A stretch of 64,000 nucleotides of DNA. Source: an archaeon. Its GTDB lineage: Archaea > Nanobdellota > Nanobdellia > SCGC-AAA011-G17 > GW2011-AR17. Below, piece after piece: positions 37,933-47,448 of this stretch (its first letter is position 1; each line of letters starts with the position of its first letter). The stretch covers positions 129,237 through 193,236 of the forward strand of contig JBDRRK010000012.1 in the NCBI GenBank assembly GCA_043825775.1, read 5' to 3'. A program made the translations under genes and the position numbers. The notes beneath the pieces were generated by a model that worked only from the letters and a program-made list of their open reading frames with translations, did no database searches and was not told where the DNA came from.

Positions 37933-38634
37933 ATGTTAAACAAGATTTACTGCATGGACAACCTGAAGTACCTGAAGAAGGTAAAGGATAACTCAGTTGA
38001 CCTTGTTGTTATTGACCCACCGTACAATGTGAGCCAGAAGAACAACATAAAATACAAGGACATTAACATTGTCAAGAACTTTGGTTCATGGGATTATGGC
38101 TTTGATCCTGTTCCTGTTTTGAAAGAATTAAAAAGAGTGTTAAAACCCAATGGACAGATTTATATCTTCTGTGCTACCAAACAGATTCCAATTTATATGA
38201 ATATACTTGAAGAAGAATGGTTTTTTAGGAATTTATTAGTTTGGTACAAGACAAATCCTGCTCCTAGGATGAGTAAGACTAACTTTGTGTTTGCAAATGA
38301 ATATATTCTTTATGCTATAAATGAAAAGGTTAAACCCAGTTCTGCTACTTTTAATTTTTTGGGACAGTCTTCTATGCATAACACAATCATTACTTCGGCT
38401 TTGCAAGGGAAAGAGAGATTAAAGAAAGATGGGAAGGCACTTCATCCAACCCAAAAGCCACTTTCTGTATTGAAGAAGTTGATTTCTGTATCAAGTAATG
38501 AAGATGATGTTGTGTTGGATGTGTTTATGGGTGTTGGTTCAACTGCAGTTGCTTGTAAAGAGCTAGGTAGAAACTTTATGGGCTGTGAGTTAGATAAGGA
38601 GTATGTTAGGGAGGGGAGGAAGAGATTAGACTAA
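37933..38634 (+). CDS. orphan beta-class DNA methyltransferase (N6-A/N4-C)
   Basis: IDPPY, HPTQKP, VLD.FMGVGSTA. Confidence 0.92.
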   Translation: MLNKIYCMDNLKYLKKVKDNSVDLVVIDPPYNVSQKNNIKYKDINIVKNFGSWDYGFDPVPVLKELKRVLKPNGQIYIFCATKQIPIYMNILEEEWFFRNLLVWYKTNPAPRMSKTNFVFANEYILYAINEKVKPSSATFNFLGQSSMHNTIITSALQGKERLKKDGKALHPTQKPLSVLKKLISVSSNEDDVVLDVFMGVGSTAVACKELGRNFMGCELDKEYVREGRKRLD

Positions 38635-38967
38635 TCCTGCTGATGCTCCCCAAACTATAACGCCTGCCGTAACAACTGATGAAACAATTCTTCCTATATG
38701 ATAAAAAGATTCTACCATTTTAAATTTTATTACATAAGAAGCTAAACCAATAAATCCTAAAACTGTTGCAATATTTATATACAAAACAACTAAAAAAGGA
38801 ATGCTTTGAAATATAGAAAAAAATGAAACTAATGCAATTGCATTTGCAAACATTGTTATCCTTCCAGTATAATATTTCTCAACAAGAAACCCAATAACCA
38901 TTAAAGATAAAGGGGCTAATAGATATAGCAATGTTTTGGGGAGTAGTTGTATCAGCCAAATTTCCAT
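38626..38967 (-). CDS. multi-TM membrane protein
   Basis: About four hydrophobic helices; third gene of the SNase operon. Confidence 0.65.
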   Translation of the reverse strand: MEIWLIQLLPKTLLYLLAPLSLMVIGFLVEKYYTGRITMFANAIALVSFFSIFQSIPFLVVLYINIATVLGFIGLASYVIKFKMVESFYHIGRIVSSVVTAGVIVWGASAGLV

Positions 38968-38973
38968 TCTAAA

Positions 38974-39279
38974 TTAAAACTCAGGTAAATCTCCTAAGTT
39001 ATCTTCCTCCTTGTTATTGCCTTCTGTTTTGATATACTCCTTGTCCCTTACCACAAAAATTTCTACCTTGTCTCCTTTCTTTAACTTACCCTCTTTGTTT
39101 TTATATGCAGTAATAATCTTCTTATAAGATTTAAGAAAACGAACAATATCTTCTCTCGGAAGCCTTCTCAAATTTGAAACATTAGTTCCAGTATCATCAT
39201 ATATTTCAACTTTGTTGATATGTCTCGGTTCTTTGTTGTAGTTTACCCCTACAATTATATAATCTGCCCATTTTTCCAT
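38974..39279 (-). CDS. DUF3892-like protein
   Basis: ADY.I..V.Y...HI..V, YIKT..N....DNLG.LPEF. Confidence 0.75.
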   Translation of the reverse strand: MEKWADYIIVGVNYNKEPRHINKVEIYDDTGTNVSNLRRLPREDIVRFLKSYKKIITAYKNKEGKLKKGDKVEIFVVRDKEYIKTEGNNKEEDNLGDLPEF

Positions 39280-39283
39280 TTTA

Positions 39284-39568
39284 TTACCTACCTTTGTTTT
39301 TATAACCTTTTTTCCTTAGCCTTTCATTCACAGACCCATGTTTGTTAGACATTTTTCCTATTTCTCTTCCATATTTGTCTTTGCCTGTTCTTTTCCAATC
39401 TACAAACTGATTTGTTTTACCAGTCATCCCAGCTGCACTTTTTTTGGCAGTTGGTCCACCAAATTGGTATAATTCTGGAGCCCTCACATTATCTAAACGA
39501 AATCTAGTTCCATTTGCAAAAATGCCTGAATCTCCGTCATGCCATTCTTTTACTCTACGCTTTACCAT
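39284..39568 (-). CDS. small thermonuclease (SNase) family protein
   Basis: DGDS, RFRL..V.APE, DKYGR, VN..L.K.G. Confidence 0.8.
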   Translation of the reverse strand: MVKRRVKEWHDGDSGIFANGTRFRLDNVRAPELYQFGGPTAKKSAAGMTGKTNQFVDWKRTGKDKYGREIGKMSNKHGSVNERLRKKGYKNKGR

Positions 39569-39621
39569 CGTAAAACCTCCTTAATTTTTATTAAAATAGA
39601 TTATATACTTATATTTAAATA

Positions 39622-39688
39622 TTGTCCAAATTTTGGACAAAAATGATTTATTATACAAAAAATATTTATATAAGAAAACAATGTTTTC
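39622..39688. promoter_or_regulatory. two perfect palindromic operators in a divergent promoter region
   Basis: TTGTCCAAA-T-TTTGGACAA (39622-39640) and GAAAACA-A-TGTTTTC (39674-39688). Confidence 0.55.
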
Positions 39689-39741
39689 ATTATGTGACAA
39701 CATACTTTTATAAACTTAAATTCCAATGGAGGTTAATATAA

Positions 39742-40425
39742 ATGGTAAAAAAATACAATTCTTTTAAAAAAGCTCTGCAAGGTCTTCATGGTTTAAGCGA
39801 TGAAGAGGCTGATGCTTTTTTTCTTTTGTGCAATAACAAAATTTTCTGTGTTAATGATGTAAAAAAGATTTTAGTTGATATAAAAGCTCATAAAAAAAGC
39901 AGATCCACAGCATATAATTTAGTAGAAAAATTCGTAAAAGTGGGATTAATAACGCAAGTAAACAATGGTAGCAAAAAACAAGAATATGAATGTGTGCATC
40001 CAAGGGCAATATATAATGAACTTAAAATCCAGTTAACTCATGCTGAAAAAGAATTGCCTGAATTAGAAACTTCTTATGAAACTTCAGATTTTAAATCCCA
40101 AGATCCAAGAGAAAAATCTAAAATATTAAAATCAGAAAATGAAATATATTCAATATGTTATTCTTTAAGAGATTGTAAAATAGATATTGTTCATGATGGA
40201 AGCCCAATTATGACAGATTTTTTGGAAAGAATCAAAGATTGTGGATGTGTAAAGAAAGGAGCTACAAATGTTATTATATTTAAAAATGATGAAAAAGGAG
40301 ACAACTGCGGAGTTATAGAATTGTTAAAAAGAACCGAAAAGGGTGCTAAGGTAAGATTGTATGGTTATTTGTTGTATGATGAAGAAAAGTATAATTATTT
40401 TAAAAAAAAGGAGGTGAAAAAATGA
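39742..40425 (+). CDS. TrmB-like winged-HTH protein
   Basis: GLS.EEA..F..L, RSTAY..V..F.KVGLI, Y.C..P. Confidence 0.65.
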   Translation: MVKKYNSFKKALQGLHGLSDEEADAFFLLCNNKIFCVNDVKKILVDIKAHKKSRSTAYNLVEKFVKVGLITQVNNGSKKQEYECVHPRAIYNELKIQLTHAEKELPELETSYETSDFKSQDPREKSKILKSENEIYSICYSLRDCKIDIVHDGSPIMTDFLERIKDCGCVKKGATNVIIFKNDEKGDNCGVIELLKRTEKGAKVRLYGYLLYDEEKYNYFKKKEVKK

Positions 40426-40856
40426 ATGAGCAAAAAGAAATTATGCTTTCTGTAATTTATTTGCTCGAAAAAGTATGGGGGAGGACATATTTACAAAAAT
40501 TTTTTTATTTATTAAACCGTGAAGTGTTTAAAGGTCATCTTTTTAGTTATGACCTATATAAATATGGGCCTTTCTCTGAACAAATAAATACACAACTTAC
40601 AGAATTGGAAATTGAAGGTCTTGTTGAAGAAAAAGCTCTTTTGACCAAAGGATTGCATACAGCTTATACATATAAATTAACAAAAAAAGGTCAAAAATAT
40701 GCCAGCAACATTTTCATAAAACTACCAAATAAAACAAGAGATGAACTAGTGAATTATACAAATAAATTCAAACAGTATTCACCAACAGAACTATTAAGAT
40801 TTGTCTATGAAAAATACCCTGAAGTCACAAAGAATAGCATCTACAATAAAGAATAG
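40422..40856 (+). CDS. YwgA/SocA(Panacea)-like winged-helix protein
   Basis: GRTYLQK.FYLL, Y.YGPFS, Y.LT.KG, L..VY.KYP. Confidence 0.75.
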   Translation: MNEQKEIMLSVIYLLEKVWGRTYLQKFFYLLNREVFKGHLFSYDLYKYGPFSEQINTQLTELEIEGLVEEKALLTKGLHTAYTYKLTKKGQKYASNIFIKLPNKTRDELVNYTNKFKQYSPTELLRFVYEKYPEVTKNSIYNKE

Positions 40857-40897
40857 TGGCTGAGATATAACTTTTACTTAATAGCAACTTTTATAAA

Positions 40898-40949
40898 TGT
40901 ATCTATCTTGTATCTAAATTGTGGCTAAGAATATATATCTATGTAGCTA
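40898..40949 (+). promoter_or_regulatory. 11-bp-phased TGTATCTA repeats downstream of the controller/MTase TATA box
   Basis: Copies at 40898, 40909, 40920 (TGTGGCTA) and 40942 (TGTAGCTA). Confidence 0.6.
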
Positions 40950-40959
40950 AAAAGGAGGT

Positions 40960-41220
40960 ATGGAAAAAGAGATGGTCAATGCTATTTCATTGCTAAAATC
41001 AAGTAAATATAGATTTAAGATTACTAAAGCAATAGATAATAATACTCTTACTCCTTCTGAAATAGCAAATAAAACCCAAATAAGACTTAATCACGTAAGT
41101 ATGTTCTTGAGAGAACTAAAAGACAATAAATTAGTTAAATGCCTAAATGAAAAAAGTAGAAAAGGAAGGCTATATGAATTAACAGAACTAGGTAAAAATG
41201 CAATCAAAAAACTCAATTAA
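40960..41220 (+). CDS. ArsR-like winged-HTH controller of the R-M system
   Basis: S.YR..I...TPSEIA...NHVS..L.EL...LV.C...RKGRLY.LT..G. Confidence 0.8.
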   Translation: MEKEMVNAISLLKSSKYRFKITKAIDNNTLTPSEIANKTQIRLNHVSMFLRELKDNKLVKCLNEKSRKGRLYELTELGKNAIKKLN

Positions 41221-42478
41221 ATTCAAAGATGAATCTTGGGACTTTAGAAAAGGTGATACCAAATACAGTAATCATGGTATTCATACTTATCCTGCTATGA
41301 TGATACCCCAAATAGCTAGAAGATTAATTGAAATGTATGGAAAAGGTTCAAAAGTAATTTTAGATCCATTTATGGGTTCTGGAACCGCTTTACTCGAAGC
41401 TACATTGCATAATAATTTTATAAAAGCTTATGGTATTGATATTAACCCTCTTGCATTATTAATTGCAAAAGCTAAAACAACACCAATTGATCCAAATAAA
41501 CTTCTTGTAGAATATAACAGATTAATCGCAGATAGTGTTAGTGAAAAAAAGAAAGTCATGTTTGAGGGAAAGAAAATTAACAAACCTAATTTTTTTAATA
41601 TTGATTTCTGGTTTAAACCTGATGTGATTACAGATTTAGCAATAATAAAAGATAGCATTAATAATATTTCTAATGAAACAACAAAAAACTTTTTCTTGGT
41701 GGCTTTTTCCGAAACTGTTAGAAATGTATCAAATACAAGAAATAGGGAATTCAAGCTTTATAGAATGAGTCCTGCAATGTTAGAAAAACATAATCCTGAT
41801 ACATTTAATGAATTCAAAGAAAGAGTCAGACTTAATTTAGCAAAGATGGATGAATTTACAAAAGAAGTAAATAAAAATTGTCAAGTAAATGTCCTTGATG
41901 AAGACACAAGAAACATCAAGTCAATAAAAGATCAAGAAGTGGATTTAATTGTTACTTCCCCACCTTATGGTGATAGTAGAACAACTGTGGCTTATGGCCA
42001 ATTTTCAAGGTTAGCTTTGCAATGGATTGGTTTTGATAAAAAAACAGTAATTGATATTGATAAAATTAGTTTGGGTGGGATTCCTACAAAAGAACTTCAA
42101 GTTAATCTAGAATCACCAACATTAAAAAAAATAATAGAAGAAATCGCAAAAGAAGATTCAAAAAGAGCAAAGGATGTCTTAAGTTTTTATGTTGATTTTG
42201 ATAAATGCATAAAAGAATTGCATAGAGTAACCAAAGATGGAGCTTATTTATGTTTTGTTGTGGGAAACAGGACAGTTAAAGGAATACAAATACCTACCGA
42301 TGATATAATTGTCGAGTTATTTAAGTCTAAAAATAATTATCAACATATTAATACCTTTATTAGGAATATTCCACATAAAAGAATGCCTAAGAAAAATAGC
42401 CCAACAAATAAGATTGGTAAACTTTCAAATACAATGAATGAAGAGTGGATTATTATTCTTCAAAAGAAAAAACATTAA
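41198..42478 (+). CDS. N4-cytosine DNA methyltransferase (alpha class, M.MvaI-like)
   Basis: H.YPA.M.P, LDPFMGSGT, TSPPYGDS.TTVAYGQFS. Confidence 0.9.
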   Translation: MQSKNSIKFKDESWDFRKGDTKYSNHGIHTYPAMMIPQIARRLIEMYGKGSKVILDPFMGSGTALLEATLHNNFIKAYGIDINPLALLIAKAKTTPIDPNKLLVEYNRLIADSVSEKKKVMFEGKKINKPNFFNIDFWFKPDVITDLAIIKDSINNISNETTKNFFLVAFSETVRNVSNTRNREFKLYRMSPAMLEKHNPDTFNEFKERVRLNLAKMDEFTKEVNKNCQVNVLDEDTRNIKSIKDQEVDLIVTSPPYGDSRTTVAYGQFSRLALQWIGFDKKTVIDIDKISLGGIPTKELQVNLESPTLKKIIEEIAKEDSKRAKDVLSFYVDFDKCIKELHRVTKDGAYLCFVVGNRTVKGIQIPTDDIIVELFKSKNNYQHINTFIRNIPHKRMPKKNSPTNKIGKLSNTMNEEWIIILQKKKH

Positions 42479-43215
42479 AGAATAATTTCTTTCTTTTCAT
42501 AGAGTTTATCTAAATGATTTCTGGATAATCTAAATCCTGGACCATGATCTCTAACAAAGAAATTACCTTTTCCCTGAGTCCTTTCTCTAATATCCATTCT
42601 AAACTCCCAAACCATTAATCCTTCTTTTAATAAAAGTTCGAATGCTTTTTCTGTCATTTTTGTTAACAAAATAGCGCTAGAATAATTAAAATATTCGCCA
42701 TCTTTTTCCATCTTCCTAAATGCCAATACCATTAACAGGTTTTCATGTAACTTCTTCTTTAAAATAGCCATTAATTCTTCAATCTTGAAAAAAGAAACTA
42801 CTCCACCTTCTTTGTGAACAATATTCAATTTGTTATTTTCCTCATCTAATTCTAGTTTAAACCCTTGCTCATTAAATCCATCTACTTTTAGAGTTGTCTT
42901 TAATGCTTTTCTTCCTTTAATGTCTTTATAACCATATTTTTCTATTATTTGCTTTGCACTTAATGGAGACCAATGAGGAACTTTTGTAAACAAAGTAACT
43001 CTAGAAGAAGCATCAATCCTTTGTGCTTTTAATTCTACAGGTATACCATTATATGAAAGATCAGGCTCTCCAAGATTATTTTCTTTAATTCCTAGCATAG
43101 TTTCAAGAGTATATCCTATTCCAGTGTTATCTTTTCTTAAAGATTTAACAAACCCTTTATCTTTTAGTTCTTTTAACTTCTCTTTTATATCAATTTCAAT
43201 TAATCCTTCTGCCAT
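42475..43215 (-). CDS. MvaI/BcnI-family restriction endonuclease
   Basis: TGIG.TLE..LGI.ENN...PD....ELK..R, TLF, RDHG.GFR. Confidence 0.88.
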   Translation of the reverse strand: MAEGLIEIDIKEKLKELKDKGFVKSLRKDNTGIGYTLETMLGIKENNLGEPDLSYNGIPVELKAQRIDASSRVTLFTKVPHWSPLSAKQIIEKYGYKDIKGRKALKTTLKVDGFNEQGFKLELDEENNKLNIVHKEGGVVSFFKIEELMAILKKKLHENLLMVLAFRKMEKDGEYFNYSSAILLTKMTEKAFELLLKEGLMVWEFRMDIRERTQGKGNFFVRDHGPGFRLSRNHLDKLYEKKEIIL

Positions 43216-43259
43216 TATTTTTGTTAAGAAACAGATTGTTAAATACTGATATCACATAA

Positions 43260-43278
43260 TAGATACAATTTAGATACA
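43260..43278 (-). promoter_or_regulatory. 11-bp-phased TGTATCTA repeats upstream of the REase promoter
   Basis: TAGATACA at 43260 and 43271, the reverse complement of the 40898/40909 repeats. Confidence 0.6.
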
Positions 43279-43293
43279 ATATTATATTATTCG

Positions 43294-43323
43294 TATTACC
43301 TTCTCCGAAACCCGCTATTTACA
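43294..43323 (+). promoter_or_regulatory. element backbone promoter motif, copy 3
   Basis: TATTACCTTCTCCGAAACCCGCTATTTACA upstream of the pilin/VirB6 operon. Confidence 0.75.
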
Positions 43324-43356
43324 TAACCGAGCCACTAGGCTGTTAGGGTGTGATTA

Positions 43357-43515
43357 ATGAACTGTAGGATATGTAAAAAGAAACTCGAGGCAAAGGAAGG
43401 AACCCTCTGTAGAACATGTATTAGGTTCTTCAAATGGAAATACCGGACTCTTGAGAAATTCCGAGCATCCTACAGTTCAGCCCTTAAAGCCGATGGAGGT
43501 AATCAAGATGACTGA
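43357..43515 (+). CDS. 52-aa zinc-finger microprotein
   Basis: MNCRICKKKLEAKEGTLCRTC...; SD-like GGTG upstream; overlaps the next start. Confidence 0.6.
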   Translation: MNCRICKKKLEAKEGTLCRTCIRFFKWKYRTLEKFRASYSSALKADGGNQDD

Positions 43516-43738
43516 ACTTCTGAATGGAATATTAATGGGAGTTTTCTTTTCCCTGCTTATGGTGGACACTGTTCTTCTGTTAATGTATCTAATGAAGAAA
43601 TCAAAGAAAAATCCGAAGAAAAAAATTCCCCAAGTCGCACCAAAACAGGAAACTAAACCTGTGAAGGAAAAGAAGGATATTTTTCTTGGATTTAGAAATT
43701 TATTCCCTAAAAAACTTAAAGGAGGTAAAGAACAATGA
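43508..43738 (+). CDS. single-TM membrane protein
   Basis: GGAGGT SD before ATG 43508; N-terminal TM then a basic tail. Confidence 0.65.
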   Translation: MTELLNGILMGVFFSLLMVDTVLLLMYLMKKSKKNPKKKIPQVAPKQETKPVKEKKDIFLGFRNLFPKKLKGGKEQ

Positions 43739-44070
43739 AATTGGCGCCGATTTTATTTTTGTTGCTTTTGTTGGTAACATTAGCAACGCCCTTAGTTGCA
43801 GCTGCGATTGATTTTGATGAAGAATTGACACAGGAGGAAGAAGATACTTTTGATGCAATTTTAGCACCTATAATGAAAGTATACAACTTTATCAAGTATG
43901 CTATGTCTGTTGTAGCAGTTTTAATGCTAGTATTTGCAGGTATTACTTTTGTAACTGCTGGCGGAGAAACGGGTAAGAAAGAAAAAGCAAAGAATATGAT
44001 GGTAGGAGTTGTGATTGGATTAATAATAATCTGGGTTGCACCTTTGGTTGTGGAGTATATCTTTACATGA
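43735..44070 (+). CDS. VirB2/TrbC-like pilin
   Basis: Signal peptide plus two TMs joined by AGI.F..AGG....EKAK..M..V.IGL. Confidence 0.78.
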   Translation: MKLAPILFLLLLLVTLATPLVAAAIDFDEELTQEEEDTFDAILAPIMKVYNFIKYAMSVVAVLMLVFAGITFVTAGGETGKKEKAKNMMVGVVIGLIIIWVAPLVVEYIFT

Positions 44071-46109
44071 AACCATTTATTTTTGTGGGAGTGATTCTTT
44101 TATTACTCCCATTTTCTTTAGCTTTTGATTGTTCTCTTACTTATGATGAAGATTATTGCCTTGAAATTATAAATTCTGAGTTAAATGAAACTGAAAAAGA
44201 TTTAGTGTTATCTTCTTTATTGTATGCTGATAATAAGTTTCCAAATTACGAATTTATCGAAGAGTATAATTTAGATATAGAGGTTGATGCTCCACCAGAT
44301 AATACTGCTATATATAATTCTGCTCAAATAAAAAATGCTTGGTTGAGTTTTTTAATTGTTTTTCCCTCTATTTATGAAGAAGAAATACTCTATGTTCCTT
44401 ATTATATCAATGTTTTGAGTGAATATAATTATGAAGTTGAGATACCAACTGAAACAAGAGCTGGAGATTGTAGGACTGAATATGAATTAGTTCAAAACAA
44501 TGTAGAGGTTTATTATTATCTTAATAATCTTTTAAAAGGCTCTGGAAAAACTGACTCTTTTGCTTCTAATGATGGAACATTAACAGCAGAACTAAATATT
44601 AACACAAGAATAAAAGTAGATCATTATAGAACACAAACTTACTGCTGTGGGTGGGCTGATTGGCAACAAATAAACTGTGATAGATACTGCACAAGATGTG
44701 TTTATTCCCATACTGATTATGAAGATGATTCAATACAGATTACAGAGGAGAAAAACATTACTCTATATACTGAAGAGCCTTTTGTTAATTTAACTGTTGT
44801 AAATGAGTATTGGAATACAACCAAAGGCATATTTACAGCAGAAAATTACAGCTATTTTGAATTAAATTTTGAAGATTCTTATATTTCCAAACAGAATTAT
44901 TATTATGATCTTGTTTTTGAGAAAAAACCCTACTATATTGCTTACATAAGAGCTAATAATTTCAGCCATACTGCACTAAGTAATCTCTTCTTAGATAACA
45001 ATACCTTTTTTGTAAAAAATACTGAAAATTGCAGTTTATTTGCTTTTAATCACTTCTATAATTTTACTTCTGGATGCGATTTAACTCTTTATCAGGAAAA
45101 TCTAGAAGAATTGAGCATGGAAGAGGGAAATATTAATCTAACTTTTATTTTTTATATAATAATTTTTTTAATAGTAATCTATACAATTTACATACTTCTT
45201 AAATCACAGGCACGAAAGATAATAATTCCTTTATTTTTTATTTTATTATTGCTTCCTCTTGTTTCTGCAGCAGAAGAAGAATGTGGAATAACTAACTTGG
45301 CTTCATGCATTCCTGAAAAGATTTATGATTTTTTTATTAATCTGATAAACCAACCAATTTTACCAACTTTAAGTGCAATTGAATCATTACTTACTGCTGA
45401 AGGAAATATAGATTTATTTTATCATTTATGGAGTGTAATAAGATATATCATGAGCTTCTTTTACATATTTTTCTTTGTCTATGTAGGTTATGTATTTCTA
45501 ATGTCTAATGATAATCCAATCAAAAGAGCACATGCCAAAGAGATGCTAAAGAATACTTTTTTGATGATTATGTTAATTCAAGGTTCATTTTTCATTTATG
45601 GTTTAGCTTTAGATGTAAATAGTGCTTTGAGTAGTGCAATACTAACAATGGTTGATCCAACTTTCTTCTTAATTACTGCCGACAACATTGTAAATATTGG
45701 CTTAGAGTTTATGCTGACATGGACATACTCTTTTATTTTGTTTATAACAATGTTAATGTTGGTTTTAAGATATATGGTAGTCTGTTTTGGAGTTGTGATA
45801 TTCCCCATAGGATTGTTTTGTTATTTTATCCCTCCCATGAAAGCCATTGGAAAGTTTCTTATTTCTTTTTTAGCCATATTTATCTTTGTAACTTTCTTTG
45901 ATTTATTGATTATAGTAGCTTGTTCATACTTAGTTGATATTCCTCTATTTGAAAATTTTAAGATTTGTGTTATGATTATGTGTTTTGGTATTATCATTTA
46001 CACTCTCTGGTTTGCGATTAAATTTACCCTGAGAATGTCTACAAATGTTTCAATCAAGGATGATTTGAATCAGGCTGTAAAATATGTTGCTATGGTTGCT
46101 GCTGTTTAA
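44067..46109 (+). CDS. Cys-rich surface domain fused to a VirB6/TrbL-like polytopic membrane domain
   Basis: Signal peptide, ~350 aa extracellular part, then multi-TM region with LRY..V..G....P....YF.P; operon with pilin. Confidence 0.6.
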   Translation: MKPFIFVGVILLLLPFSLAFDCSLTYDEDYCLEIINSELNETEKDLVLSSLLYADNKFPNYEFIEEYNLDIEVDAPPDNTAIYNSAQIKNAWLSFLIVFPSIYEEEILYVPYYINVLSEYNYEVEIPTETRAGDCRTEYELVQNNVEVYYYLNNLLKGSGKTDSFASNDGTLTAELNINTRIKVDHYRTQTYCCGWADWQQINCDRYCTRCVYSHTDYEDDSIQITEEKNITLYTEEPFVNLTVVNEYWNTTKGIFTAENYSYFELNFEDSYISKQNYYYDLVFEKKPYYIAYIRANNFSHTALSNLFLDNNTFFVKNTENCSLFAFNHFYNFTSGCDLTLYQENLEELSMEEGNINLTFIFYIIIFLIVIYTIYILLKSQARKIIIPLFFILLLLPLVSAAEEECGITNLASCIPEKIYDFFINLINQPILPTLSAIESLLTAEGNIDLFYHLWSVIRYIMSFFYIFFFVYVGYVFLMSNDNPIKRAHAKEMLKNTFLMIMLIQGSFFIYGLALDVNSALSSAILTMVDPTFFLITADNIVNIGLEFMLTWTYSFILFITMLMLVLRYMVVCFGVVIFPIGLFCYFIPPMKAIGKFLISFLAIFIFVTFFDLLIIVACSYLVDIPLFENFKICVMIMCFGIIIYTLWFAIKFTLRMSTNVSIKDDLNQAVKYVAMVAAV

Positions 46110-46151
46110 GAAACAAATAATTTTTTAAAGAAGGGTATTTTTTCTATAATA

Positions 46152-47120
46152 ATGGAAAAGGTTATCTTTGATAAGAATTTATTATTAAATCCTGAAATAT
46201 TAAAAGAACAATTAGTATTCCCTAAAGATTCTAAGATTGCAATAAAAATGCATATGGGGGAAGAGAATAATAAAACTTGTTTGAGAGCTGAAGATGTTAA
46301 GCCAATTGTAGATGTTTTACTTGAATTAGGAACTAAACCATTTATTATAGATACTCCTGTGTCCTATAAGGGTGGACGTCATACTTGTGAAGCCTATTTG
46401 AAAACTGCTAAGGATAATGGGTTTTCTGAAGAAACTATTGGTTGTCCTATTGTAATTTCAAATGATTATCATGAAGTAAGAACTGAATATATGGATTTTC
46501 AAGTATGTAAGGAACTTTATGAAACAGAGTATATGATTGTTTTATCTCATGTTAAGGGGCATTGTTGTACTGGATTTGGTGGAGCTATTAAGAATTTGTC
46601 TATGGGTGGAGCAACTATAAAGTCTAAAAGAGATATGCATTCTTTAGGAAAACCAGATATTCTTAAAGAGTGTAGTTTGTGTGGTATTTGTGAGAAAAAC
46701 TGCCCTGCAAAGTGTATTAAGATTGATGATAAATTGAATATTAATTTAGATGGTTGTTGGGGCTGTGGTGTTTGTGTTGTTAATTGTCCTGAAAAGATTT
46801 TGAAACCTAAAACTGTGTTAATTGATGAGTTACTTGCTGAAGGTGCTTGGGCTAGTGTGCAGAATAAGAAGAAGATTTTATGTATCAATATGATTAAGAG
46901 GATTACTAAACTTTGTGATTGTGAGTCTGATTCTGGTAAGATTATTGCTCCTGATGTTGGAGTGTTGTTTTCTAGTGATCCAGTTGCAATTGATCAGGCT
47001 TCTATTGATTTGGTTGGAGATGCTTTTTTGAAAGAGAATCATAAGGATCCTCAGTTGCAGATTGATTATTCTGAGAAGTTGGGTTTTGGTGGGAAGGATT
47101 ATGAATTGGTAAAGGTTTAA
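46152..47120 (+). CDS. DUF362 family Fe-S protein
   Basis: KMHMGE, SHVKGH..GFGGAIKNL.MG, two CxxCxxCxxxCP motifs, DPVAIDQAS. Confidence 0.9.
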   Translation: MEKVIFDKNLLLNPEILKEQLVFPKDSKIAIKMHMGEENNKTCLRAEDVKPIVDVLLELGTKPFIIDTPVSYKGGRHTCEAYLKTAKDNGFSEETIGCPIVISNDYHEVRTEYMDFQVCKELYETEYMIVLSHVKGHCCTGFGGAIKNLSMGGATIKSKRDMHSLGKPDILKECSLCGICEKNCPAKCIKIDDKLNINLDGCWGCGVCVVNCPEKILKPKTVLIDELLAEGAWASVQNKKKILCINMIKRITKLCDCESDSGKIIAPDVGVLFSSDPVAIDQASIDLVGDAFLKENHKDPQLQIDYSEKLGFGGKDYELVKV

Positions 47121-47365
47121 TATTTTAATTTTAAATATAATTCATATAAAACAATAATTCCAAAAATACTATTCATAATTATAATTGGAAGGCTAGAAAT
47201 AAGAAATCCATACGCTATCCAGAACCCTGTTCCTATTAATGTAGCTAGAATCATATTTAATGCAAGGTCTTGAACTTTTTTGGTCTTATATGATTTGATT
47301 ACTTGTGGAATAAAACTAACCATAATAAAAATCCCACCTAAATAACCTATTATATCTTCGATCAT
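47117..47365 (-). CDS. SemiSWEET (PQ-loop) transporter
   Basis: SFIPQVIKS.KTK...DL, W..YG......P....N. Confidence 0.88.
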   Translation of the reverse strand: MIEDIIGYLGGIFIMVSFIPQVIKSYKTKKVQDLALNMILATLIGTGFWIAYGFLISSLPIIIMNSIFGIIVLYELYLKLKY

Positions 47366-47448
47366 GATATTATGTTTATTTGATTAGAATATAAATTTTT
47401 CTTATTTTTTTTACATACAAATCCACAATTTCTATTAATTTATTTAAG

